From contig CAVSBZ010000002.1 in NCBI GenBank assembly GCA_963726315.1, forward strand, positions 181,960 through 245,959: a stretch of DNA of 64,000 bases. Reading direction: 5' to 3'. The notes beneath the pieces were generated by a model. It searched no databases, was not told the origin of the DNA, and was given only the letters and a program-made list of their open reading frames with translations. Each line of letters begins with the position of its first letter. The stretch's first letter is position 1. The stretch is from an uncultured Chloroflexia bacterium. Lineage in GTDB: Bacteria > Chloroflexota > Anaerolineae > Anaerolineales > UBA4823. Position numbers and translations under genes: made by a program. Shown here in pieces: positions 51,720 to 62,100 of the stretch.

Positions 51720-52565
51720 ATGCAAAAACACAAATATCTCATCGTTATTATTCTCACTTTTCTTATCGCATGTTCTTTTGTAGGTAATCAAGACTCTGCT
51801 GAAGATTATTTCAATCGTGGATTTGAGTATTATAACAATGACGATTTCGATCAAGCTATCAGCGAATACAATAAAGTTATTCAACTCGTACCTAATAATG
51901 CAAAGGTTTACTATAATCGTGGATTAGCCTATGCTGGTAAAGGTGATCTGGATACTGCTATCAGCGATTATGACAAAGCCATCCAGCTCAATCCTGATTT
52001 CATCGAGGCCTATATAAATCGCGGAAATGCCTATAATGATAAAGGCGATCTGGATCAGGCCATAATTGACTTTGACCAAGCCATCGAGATAAATCCTAAT
52101 TTCGCCATGGCTTACTATAACCGTGGAAATGCATATAGAGATCTGGGCGACCTGGATCATGCTATTAGCGATTTCGATCAGTTCATCAAGATCAACCCCA
52201 ACTCTGCCGAGGGTTACAACAATCGTGGAAGAGTGTATAAGGATAAAGGCGAGTTGGATCATGCCATCAGCGACTATGATCATGCTATCCAGCTTAAACC
52301 AGATTACGCTGTGGCTTACTATAACCGCGGAAATACATATAGGGAATTAGGTGACTTGGATCGGGCTATTAGTGATTTCGAACAGGCTATCAAGCTCAAT
52401 CCCAGCTTTACTGATGCTTACTACAATCGGGGAGCAACTTATGCTGAAAAAGGTGACAAAACTAGTGCCATCGCAGACTTCGAGAAAGTCTTAAAACTAT
52501 GTGGTAACGACGTTCAGTTTTGTCAGGATGCACAAGATGCAATACAACAGCTAGGAGGACAGTAA
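51720..52565 (+). CDS. TPR lipoprotein (7 TPRs)
   Basis: LIAC lipobox; 34-aa AYYNRG...GDLD.AI.D...AI repeats. Confidence 0.9.
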   Translation: MQKHKYLIVIILTFLIACSFVGNQDSAEDYFNRGFEYYNNDDFDQAISEYNKVIQLVPNNAKVYYNRGLAYAGKGDLDTAISDYDKAIQLNPDFIEAYINRGNAYNDKGDLDQAIIDFDQAIEINPNFAMAYYNRGNAYRDLGDLDHAISDFDQFIKINPNSAEGYNNRGRVYKDKGELDHAISDYDHAIQLKPDYAVAYYNRGNTYRELGDLDRAISDFEQAIKLNPSFTDAYYNRGATYAEKGDKTSAIADFEKVLKLCGNDVQFCQDAQDAIQQLGGQ

Positions 52566-52578
52566 AGGAAACCCAAAG

Positions 52579-53943
52579 ATGAAATTGAGAGTATCTTTCT
52601 ACTTGGTATTATTCCTTATCTGTATTAGCTTGTCCGCCTGTGGATCATCGCAAGCTGAGCTTGATGTGACAGCCACACCAGGAACTACAGACACCCAGGC
52701 TATTTCTATTGCTCAACCTACCGCGGTCTCAGCAGTCAATACATTAGAACCCTTTGATTCAACGAATGCTGAGACTATCTATAATCGTGGGATTGATTAC
52801 TATAAAAATGGTGATTTTGATAATGCTATCTCTGCGTATGATCAAGCCATCCAACTAAAGCCAGATTATGCCGAGGCATATTTTGCTCGTGGGCTAGCCT
52901 ATCGCAATAAAGGCGATTTGGATCGTGCGATCAGTGATTATAGCCAGGCAATACAAATCAAGCCAGATTACGTGGAAGCCTATGACAACCGTAGTTTCGC
53001 ATACAATCTTAATGGAGATTTTGACCTTGCTATCCGTGACAGTACCCAGGCAATCCAGATTTCACCAAATGATGCAATGGCATATGTAAATCGTGGCCTT
53101 GCTTATTACAGCAAAGGCGATCTAGAACAGGCTGTCAGTGACTACAATCAAGCCATACAGATTGATCCCAACAATACCCTAGCGTACGCTAATCGTGGGT
53201 CGATATACGCCAATAAAGGCGATTTGGATCGCGCGCTCGATGATTTCAACCTTGCCATTCAGATCAATCCTGATTTTGCAGAGGCTTATGCAAATCGAGG
53301 AAATGCATATCGTGACAAAGGTGACTTGAATCAGGCTCTCAGTGATTGTAATAAAGCCATTGAACTCTCCCCCAACTATGCTGAAGCTTACAATTATCGT
53401 GGAAATATCTATCTTGACATGGGTGAGCTAGATCGCGCCATTAATGATTTTAATCACGCCATTAAGTTAAAACCTGCTTTCGCGAAGGTGTATGTTAATC
53501 GTGGAGAGGTTTATAGCATGAAAGGCGATCTGGAAAACGCCATGCGTGATTATAATCAAGCCATTCAGCTTAACCCAAATGATGCTGAGGCATACTACGA
53601 TCGTGGGGTGATTTATAGGGATTTGGGTAATTGGGATTATGCAATAAGTGAATATAATCAAGCGATCCAGCTTGATCCCAATTATGTTGATGCCTACATC
53701 AATCGTGGACAAGCCATTGCCCAGAATGGTGACGTGGATCGTGCCATTATAGATTGGGAGAAGGCTATTCAGCTCGACCCCAATAATCCTTGGGCTTACT
53801 ATAATCTTGGGTTAGCTCATGCTTATAAAGGGGAAAAGGCAGATGCAATCGAAGACTATAACAAGGCTTTCGAATTATGTGGTGCTGATACCCAGTTATG
53901 CTTTAACATCAAGCAGGCATTACAACAGGTAGAAGGAAAGTAA
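52579..53943 (+). CDS. TPR lipoprotein (11 TPRs)
   Basis: LSAC lipobox; TPR repeats; LCGADTQLC tail. Confidence 0.9.
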   Translation: MKLRVSFYLVLFLICISLSACGSSQAELDVTATPGTTDTQAISIAQPTAVSAVNTLEPFDSTNAETIYNRGIDYYKNGDFDNAISAYDQAIQLKPDYAEAYFARGLAYRNKGDLDRAISDYSQAIQIKPDYVEAYDNRSFAYNLNGDFDLAIRDSTQAIQISPNDAMAYVNRGLAYYSKGDLEQAVSDYNQAIQIDPNNTLAYANRGSIYANKGDLDRALDDFNLAIQINPDFAEAYANRGNAYRDKGDLNQALSDCNKAIELSPNYAEAYNYRGNIYLDMGELDRAINDFNHAIKLKPAFAKVYVNRGEVYSMKGDLENAMRDYNQAIQLNPNDAEAYYDRGVIYRDLGNWDYAISEYNQAIQLDPNYVDAYINRGQAIAQNGDVDRAIIDWEKAIQLDPNNPWAYYNLGLAHAYKGEKADAIEDYNKAFELCGADTQLCFNIKQALQQVEGK

Positions 53944-54363
53944 AAGAGATTTTTGTAGTACGCAGATAATACACTTGTTTTTCTTGGATAGAGGTCAAAC
54001 AGTAAAGTAGTGGTTATTGCTTGAAAGTTAGTTGGGTTACATCACAGCCCATAATCCAATATCATCACCCAGATATTCTCGCACGTGCGAGAAGGGGTAC
54101 AAACCTCCTCAAACTTGATGTCAACGCACCAATTGAAACAACTGTGAAGTGCATATGAACTAAAGTAAAGTGGCGTGAAGTAATAGAACAAGGCGGGAGA
54201 GTTTACGGATAGGATATAGTGTATTCACACAATCATGTCTATAATGTTAATGCCATGAGTGATCGTAATAATATCGTGTTCGCCAACTACCTGAGATTCA
54301 TACAAAATCACATGTTTTCATCGTATGACCCTGGTATCTTCCTTTTTTCATAATCGAAGGAGT

Positions 54364-54648
54364 ATGAGCATGGGTTATCGACTTGAGGATGATATATTAT
54401 TCGGTTGTGTTCTGATATTACAAGCAATTGCATTCACTATTAGCATTCTTTTCTCATGTATATTATTTTCTTCTTTTATAGACCATTCAATTTTTGAAAC
54501 ACTTGGTAAATGGTTTTGGGTATTGATCGGTATTCAAATCATTTATATTGGACTACAGATATATGCAATAATAACGTTTGGTTTTCGTAAAAGTTTTACC
54601 TTTCTCCAGCTTGTACTTAGTGGGAGGGGAGGAAGAGTTGGCAGGTAA
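54364..54648 (+). CDS. Small two-TM membrane protein
   Basis: AAGGAG RBS; IGLQIYAI motif shared with 56237..56845. Confidence 0.65.
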   Translation: MSMGYRLEDDILFGCVLILQAIAFTISILFSCILFSSFIDHSIFETLGKWFWVLIGIQIIYIGLQIYAIITFGFRKSFTFLQLVLSGRGGRVGR

Positions 54649-54789
54649 GTGCAAAACTGGCATGTTTGAGATTGGATTTGTTTCGGTTGTGGCCTTTACA
54701 CATTCAGCATCCCTGGATTGAGGATCCTTGGTTTGATAACCCTGATGCACTGAATGGATGAGGTCATATGTAGGTTAGGAGGAGAAAAA

Positions 54790-56109
54790 ATGGACAAGAT
54801 ACTTCATCAATCTGATCGAATAAAGACCATATTCAATTCACTTGTCGTTCTCATAACGATAACAATCATTGCCATCGTTACCATAGGTTGTAACATCAAG
54901 TCCATCTCCCCTACGCCTGATTCTGCAGAGGCTTACTACAATCGTGGGGTGGGGTACGATAACAAAGGCGACCTGGATAAAGCCATTAGCGAATACGATC
55001 AAGCTATCAAACTCAATCCCGATTATGTGGAGGCATATAACAATCGTGGAGTAGCCTATGCAAGCAAAGGTGATCTAGATCGAGCTATTAGCGACTATGA
55101 TCAGGCTATCCGACTCGATCCCAACTATACTGTGGCTTACAACAATCGTGGGTTAGCTTATTACAGAAAAGGCGATTTTGATAGAGCGATTAGCGATTAC
55201 GATCAAGCCATAAAACTCAATCCCGAATATGCGATGCCTCATAATAATCTTGGGTATGCTTATTCTAATATAGGTGATTTTGATCGTGCCATTAGCGAAT
55301 ACGATCAAGCCATCAAACTCAATCCCGATTTTGCTATGGCTTACTATAATCGTGGATTTTTATATATGAAAAAAGGTGATATGGATAGATCGATTAACGA
55401 TTTTGATAAAACAATACAAATCATCCCTGACTTTGCAGAGGCTTACAACTCTCGTGGATTTGCTTATCAATCCAAGGGCGATCTGGATCGCGCTTTCAGC
55501 GATTACAGTCAAGCCATTCAGATCAACCCAAACTATGCTGAGGCTTATTACAATCGTGGGACTGCCTACTATGGTTTAGGTGATCTTGATCAAGCCATCA
55601 GCGATTTAGATAAGGTTATACAGATTGACCCAGATAATGCGAAAGCTTACAGTGGCCGGGGATTAGCATATGATTACAAAGGTAAAATGGATCAAGCCAT
55701 CAGTGATTTTGATAAAGCTATAAAGCTCGACCCAAACAACACCCAAACTTATATCAATCGTGGAAATTATTTTTTAAGCATAGGCGATTTGGATAAAGCA
55801 ATCAGTGATCTGGATCGAGCGATCGAGCTTGATGCCAGCTCCACCACGGCTCACAACCTTCGTGGTTTAGCCTATCTAGACAAAGGTGATATGGATAACG
55901 CAATGAATGATTTTGATCAGGCAATACAGATCAACCCCAACTATGCCGAAGCTTACATAAATCGTAGTCTAATCTATGCAAGTAAAGGCGAGACAGCAAA
56001 TGCGATCGCAGACTTGAACAAAGTCCTTGCACTATGCGGTACCAACACACAGTTATGCCAGGCTGCACAAGAGGGGTTACAACAGCTAGGAGGGCACCAA
56101 AGCCCTTAG
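54790..56109 (+). CDS. TPR lipoprotein (11 TPRs)
   Basis: GGAGGAG RBS; TIGC lipobox-like; TPR repeats; LCGTNTQLC tail. Confidence 0.9.
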   Translation: MDKILHQSDRIKTIFNSLVVLITITIIAIVTIGCNIKSISPTPDSAEAYYNRGVGYDNKGDLDKAISEYDQAIKLNPDYVEAYNNRGVAYASKGDLDRAISDYDQAIRLDPNYTVAYNNRGLAYYRKGDFDRAISDYDQAIKLNPEYAMPHNNLGYAYSNIGDFDRAISEYDQAIKLNPDFAMAYYNRGFLYMKKGDMDRSINDFDKTIQIIPDFAEAYNSRGFAYQSKGDLDRAFSDYSQAIQINPNYAEAYYNRGTAYYGLGDLDQAISDLDKVIQIDPDNAKAYSGRGLAYDYKGKMDQAISDFDKAIKLDPNNTQTYINRGNYFLSIGDLDKAISDLDRAIELDASSTTAHNLRGLAYLDKGDMDNAMNDFDQAIQINPNYAEAYINRSLIYASKGETANAIADLNKVLALCGTNTQLCQAAQEGLQQLGGHQSP

Positions 56110-56236
56110 ATTGGCACCCAACAGATTAACTAAACCATGTGAAACGCTAATGTCCAAATGCATGGAGAATGGTGTTTCTGGATCGAAGAAACGATAATCC
56201 TGATACGCTAAATGGATAAAATAAAGGGAGGAGCAA

Positions 56237-56845
56237 ATGGAGCTTGAAGAGAAATTGTTAGAAATGCTGTCAAGTAACTATCCTCAAGTCAGATACGTGG
56301 CACTTGAACAATTGCGAGATAGTAAAACGACTTCTGAAGCAATTGTTGAAGCGCTAGAAAAAGCCACCCATGATGATGATCAGGGTATCTCAGAAAAAGC
56401 CAAACTAGCACTTCAAGCCGATGTTCATCATCAGATGGAGATAAAAATGGGGGCTATTGAGCTCAACAAAATCCAAGAGAATAATAATATTCGTTCGACC
56501 GTAGATCAATCCTCATCCTCACGTTCACAGTTTATCGAATCGTCGAATGTAAATATATATGAAAGAAGAAAACGGAATCCTACTATACCGGAGGAAGAAT
56601 ATAGCTGCTTTGAGTACTGCCAATCGATAACATTGTCTTTACTTCTTTTTCCAATAACAGTTCTCATAGCAAGCCTAATAACAGGTTCTTCAGTATTTTT
56701 AGAATTTGGAATCTTGAACTGGATCTGGATATTCCTTCCTATACCTTTTATTGGGTTGCAGATTTATGCGATAAAAAAATATGGTTGGCGCGAAAGCTAT
56801 TCCTTTCTTAAATGGCGGAGATATAGAGGAGGTAGGAAGTGGTAA
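56237..56845 (+). CDS. HEAT-repeat-like N-terminus fused to a two-TM C-terminus
   Basis: PQVRYVALEQL...ALEKATHDDD...AKLAL; IGLQIYAI membrane module. Confidence 0.75.
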   Translation: MELEEKLLEMLSSNYPQVRYVALEQLRDSKTTSEAIVEALEKATHDDDQGISEKAKLALQADVHHQMEIKMGAIELNKIQENNNIRSTVDQSSSSRSQFIESSNVNIYERRKRNPTIPEEEYSCFEYCQSITLSLLLFPITVLIASLITGSSVFLEFGILNWIWIFLPIPFIGLQIYAIKKYGWRESYSFLKWRRYRGGRKW

Positions 56846-57083
56846 GTGAGACCACTTCTAGAGATATACACGAATAATATGAATTACAGCATAAAGCTAA
56901 GATATGCCTGGTACATGGAAATAACCCACTAGCCATTGTCTAACAGATATGCGGCAAGCCTGGTCGTGTCGAGAGATTATGCTCTAATGCATGGAGAATG
57001 GGGTTTCTGGATCGGGGAAAAGATAATATAAAGTAAATCTCATAGCTTGTTACTATCCATAGGGCTTCCTATATTCCCCCTCT

Positions 57084-57290
57084 GGACAGGGCTGCAAGTC
57101 GCCCCTCTTCCATCATTTCGTGGGCAATTCGTGTGCAAATACCATATAACGACATGGAAAATATAGACTTCTTAGACAGTTACACCCCTATAAATGGTGA
57201 TTGGATAGACGTTATTTACCATATTTATTGGGTAGACGTTGTGTAAGAACCATGGAACTCTCTTACACAGAGAAAGTCGGGGTTTTAAGT
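57084..57290 (+). mobile_element. Third element-end relic with a degenerate tRNA-Val-like fragment
   Basis: ggacagggctgcaagtcgcc and catggaaaatat.gac shared with 6496-6600; ctctcttacacagagaaagtcggggtt at about 57258-57285. Confidence 0.35.
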
Positions 57291-57304
57291 TAAATTCTCC
57301 ACAA

Positions 57305-57905
57305 ACATTAGAAATCTTAAATCTTCTTAAACCCCTTTGGGTTTAGAATATTAGCGATCTTCTACATTGGGCAGTGTTCTCCTGTATCGGTCAGTATTCT
57401 CCTGTATCGGTCAGTGTTCTCCTGTATCGGTTGGTCTTTACCGATATGGTCTTTACCGATATGATTGTTGCTCTTCCATACCGATATGTTTTTCCCGATG
57501 CAGTGCTCTCCCTTATCGTTATTAGTGCGTTCGAATATCATAACCCGTTTCTGCTCCATAATAAAAACCCATGTGAGAAATCAGCAATCTTCATTAAAAA
57601 AACGACCATTTTCTCCTGTAATATTCCAAGTTTTTAGAAATCTTAAATCTCTTAAACCCCTTGTGGATTAGAAAATTAGTGGTCTCCTATATCTGGTGGT
57701 CTTCCAGATGCAGTGATCTTCTGTACCGCCCTCCCCTATCGCCATAAGTTCGCTCTATTTTTATCTTTCTGCTCCAAAATAAATACCTTTGTGTAAAATC
57801 CGAGAATTTCTCCAAAAATCGCCCTTTTTCTCCTGTAAAATTCCAAAAAATTAGAAACCTTAAATCTCTTAAACCCCTTGTAGATTAGAACATATGTGCT
57901 ATAAT
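57305..57905 (+). repeat. Three degenerate tandem blocks ending in ttagaaa.cttaaatctcttaaacccc, with nested 20-bp x3 and 15-bp x2 repeats
   Basis: Block ends near 57310, 57635 and 57851; cagtgttctcctgtatcggt x3 at 57372-57431; tggtctttaccgata x2. Confidence 0.75.
57878..57905 (+). promoter_or_regulatory. Promoter with a LexA-like box
   Basis: TTGTAG-16-TATAAT with AGAAC-atat-GTGCT at 57887-57900. Confidence 0.55.
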
Positions 57906-58509
57906 CAGTGTACTTCTGTACAGATTGGTTTTAATCTGTATAGACTGCCTACAAAAGTTGATATGGTGGGTTTCCATATCAAAAAAGGCAGTCGTATACC
58001 GGTTGGTCTTTACCGGTAAAACCGTAATTACTCACCCCCCGTTGCCCTTGCAGTCCTTACCACCTGGATCCAGCTGCTAGGCGTAACCCGGGGCAGGGAG
58101 GTCGCTCCTCCCTAACGCAGTCAGAAACAGGCACCTGTAATCCGGCACATGCCCCTGCCCAGACCTATATCCGGCTTTTTTCATGCGGCTCCACTGGGCT
58201 CGGGACGGTCATCGTGCCAGGCGCCTATTCCTTCTGCTATGTAGGAGGTTCAGGAATGCTGTCCATCAGAATAGCTTTCATAATTCCGCATTCCTCGAAT
58301 CGCATCTCCAGATTCCTGGAATCACATTTTCCAGATTTCTGGAATCGCCTCCTCCTCTTAAACCCTCATTCCTTTTCTCCTCTGAATCCTTTCTTTAATT
58401 CAAAATTCACTTGGACAGAACAGGTTATAAGGAATGATGTTGATGGAGGGGATGAGGTATGGCGGTTTTTTCCAGATTCTTGGAATCAAGAATTTGGCTC
58501 TATCAGGAA

Positions 58510-58614
58510 CCCCCCACTGCTCTTGGATGGAGCCAGCCCCCCACTGCTCTTGGAGGGGGCCAGCCCCCCACTGCTCTTGGAGGGGGCCAGCCCCCCACTG
58601 CATCTGGAGGGGGG
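58510..58614 (+). repeat. 27-bp tandem repeat (about 4 copies)
   Basis: ccccccactgctcttggagggggccag. Confidence 0.85.
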
Positions 58615-59113
58615 TTGATCTTTTTTGTCTTTAACTATGATTAGATTGATTTTATGAATACTATGATTATTCTCCTCGCTCTAATCATGCCAATCATTAA
58701 ATCACATAAATCATAGTTGGTTTTCTACCGGGGTTGTCCGGTATGTCTTCATACCGGATCCAGCAATTTTTGCGTAACCCAACTTCTTTTCTTGTGTAGG
58801 GGCGGCTCGCGAGCCGCCCTTCTTGTCTTTTGTAGGTTGAGGTTGAGCTGGTTTTGCGAAACCCAACAGCTTTAGGACCATCCCGACAATCACAAAGGAA
58901 TGCAAAGTTTTTCTGTATAGGCGCAAGGCTTGCGCCTCGCCTGTAGATGCGGTACCCTGCCCTCTATTGCACTTTTAAAAGAGGTTGGTCCTACTAGTTC
59001 ATCCAAATAATACAATCAAGAATGATAAATCATTCCTAATTTCACTTAGCCAGCAACTTCAAAATGACAAAATGACAACAGAATTGTTGTCTATACCTTC
59101 CGTAAAGCAAGAA

Positions 59114-62100
59114 TTACTTTTTGATTATTGGTAAATATACCTTAGGTCCTGTTGTCAGTACTATAACGGTGAAATAATTGGTCATTGATCCCATATCGTC
59201 ATCTCTTACCTGCACCCAAACCTGATAAACCCCGGATTCTTCGTAGGTAAAACTAGCTGAAAAATCGGTTACACCCGCATCCAGTTTTACATATCCTATG
59301 GGACCAGGTGCAGATCCTTCCCAACCGATGAACACTTCATGGGTATCCAACCATCCAGGATCAGTAATTACCCCGGTGATGGTCAGTTGTCCACCGACAA
59401 TTATTGTGACATCAGGGAATCCACTAAGGTGAGGAGACAAATTACCAATGCTTGCTATCAACCAGTCAGTTCCAGATGCTCCACCAGCATCAGTAACGGT
59501 TAACGTGACGGTATACGTTCCATTGTCACCATAGGCATGGGTTGGAGTTAGAGTTCCAGACGCAGTTATTCCATCACCGAAATCCCACTGTATTGTTCCT
59601 TCTGTCCAATCAGGATCGGTGAAATTGCCAGAAAATTGGATTTGCTGCCCTTCATTCTCAAAAATGTTATCGCCTGCCTCAACGATCGGAGGCTCATTAC
59701 CGACTGTTACCAGCAACCAGTCGCTTCCGACACCACCTTCGTCATCGGTGACGATCAATGTAACGGTATATACTCCTGGCTCGGAATACATATGAGTCGG
59801 TGTAAGCGTACCTGATATGGTTTCACCATCACCGAGGTCCCATTCATACGTTCCTCCCTGCCAATCCGGATCAGTAAAGGCACCTGCAAAGCTAACTTGC
59901 TGTCCAATGTCTACCTCCTGGTCATCCCCAGCATCTACGATCGGAGGATCGTTGACACCCGTGATTGTTAGTGTGACTGTAGCAGTATCAGTCAGAACAC
60001 CATCACTAACTACATATGTGAATATATCTGTTGCCAGATCACCTTCGCCCAACCATTCAAAGTGTTCATCCGGACTGTAGGCGAAGGAACCTTCTCCGAG
60101 ATAAATCAGCACCCCAACCACACCACTGTCATCATAGCTATCCAGGAACAGAGGGTCACCGTCAGGATCAACATCATTTGATAAGACACTTGCAGTGAGA
60201 AAAGAAGTATCCTCATTAGTAGTAAATCCCGGTCCGCTATCATCCACTGCCTCAGGTGGTTGGTTTTGGATGATTCCATAATGTAATATGAGCATCCCAC
60301 CTTCTCTATCCGCCACATATACATATCCTGCAGAGGTAGCCACTCCAAACGCATAGTCAGAAGTCTCATAGAAACCAATCTCTACAGGGTTAGTCGGGCT
60401 GCTCACATCAACAACTCGTACTCCATTGTCCCCATCAGCAATATACACATAATCGTCAGACACAGATACGCTATCTGCAAAACCAGCTGTATCGTAAAAG
60501 CCAACTTCTATTGGGGATGTTGGATTACTCACGTCTATCACCCGTAGACCATCTTCATCATCTCCAACATACGCATATTCTCCGGAGATAGCTACATCAA
60601 CAGCGCTACTTTGAGTATCAAAATAACCAACTTCAGTGGGGTTAGCTGGATTACTAACATCCAATACCCGGAGACCAGCAAATCCAGCTGCAAGATAAGC
60701 ATAACTGCCAAATATCGCTACTCCATTCGCATCCCCTCCTGCACCTGGGGGAAAATAATAGCCAACTTCCACAGGATTGTTTGGATTGCTCACATCAACC
60801 ACCCGAAGACCGTTACCTTGATCTGCAACAAAAGCGTACCCTCCAGAGAATGCTACGCCAAAAGCATTACCATCGGTGTCATAAAATCCGACTTCTCCAG
60901 GATTGCTAGGGTCGCTTACATCTAGAACTCGTAAGCCTCTGGAGCCATCTACTATATAAGCATAGGTTCCAGAGACAACTACATCATGGGTGTCAGCAGG
61001 GGTATCAAACACGCCAACAGATACGGGAGTGTTCACATCATTAACATCTACAATTCGTAAGCCGTTATCATCATCTGCCACGTACGCGTATCCACCAGCA
61101 ACCGTTACATTTTGAGCCATAGTTGGACCTAACCCGCTATAGAATCCAACCTCCGTTGGCAGATCTGGATTATTCACATCAACTATTCTTAAACCAAAAT
61201 TAGTATCTGCTCCATAAATAAAACCCGTTGATACATCAACACCAACGGCATTCCCAGGGGTATCGCAAGTGCCATGAGGATGGGGATGGGTTTTATCACT
61301 AACGTCAACCAGATCTAACCCAAATTCTCCAATCGCTGCATAGACATAATCTTGTGTAGATGAATAGACAAGTGCAGTTACAAGGGGTTCACCATATCCA
61401 AGCACACCCTGTTCAAATGGACTATATGGATTACTGATATTTATAACCCGCATTGCATGTAAATCTGCCAAATAAGCGTATTCCCCAGATATGTCCACAT
61501 CATAAGCAGTTCCTGGTGAATCGTAGTAACCAACCTCAACTGGATTGAGTGGGTTACTTATATTAATAATTCGTAATCCGGTACCCCCATCTGCTAAATA
61601 GGCATATTCGCCCGAGACATCTACGCCTCTGGATTCTCCGAGCGTATCATAAAATCCAACCTCAAAAGGAGTACTTGGATCACTAATATCCACCACACGT
61701 AAGCCTGCATCAAAATCCGCAATATAAGCATAACCCCCTGAAATAGCTACAGCATTGGCTGAGCCGGGCGTGTCAAAGTAGCCTACTTCAGCTGGATCAG
61801 CTGGATTACCGATATCAATTATGCGTAATCCCGCATCCAGAACCGCGATATAGGCATAATTGCCTGAGACCACTATTCCCGTGACCATTCCTGATAGAGG
61901 TATGGCTTTTCCGATTACAGTCGGCATGGCAGGGTTAGTGATATTCAAAATCGTCAGCCGCCCACCTTCTCCAATATATGCGTAATCTCCCTCCACATCG
62001 ACAGCATTGGTATTCCCCCCAATTTGTCCAATATAATCAAGATTGTTTCCCGATGGTGATTGCTGCATAGTCTTACCACGAGCGTTTGATTGTCCAAGGG

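Noticed and set aside
56116-57027. Integron attC sites
   Set aside because: RYYYAAC is present but there is no matching GTTRRRY or palindromic arms, and no intI
57372-57461. Mini-CRISPR or replication iterons
   Set aside because: Contiguous 20-bp and 15-bp tandem copies without spacers; no rep gene nearby
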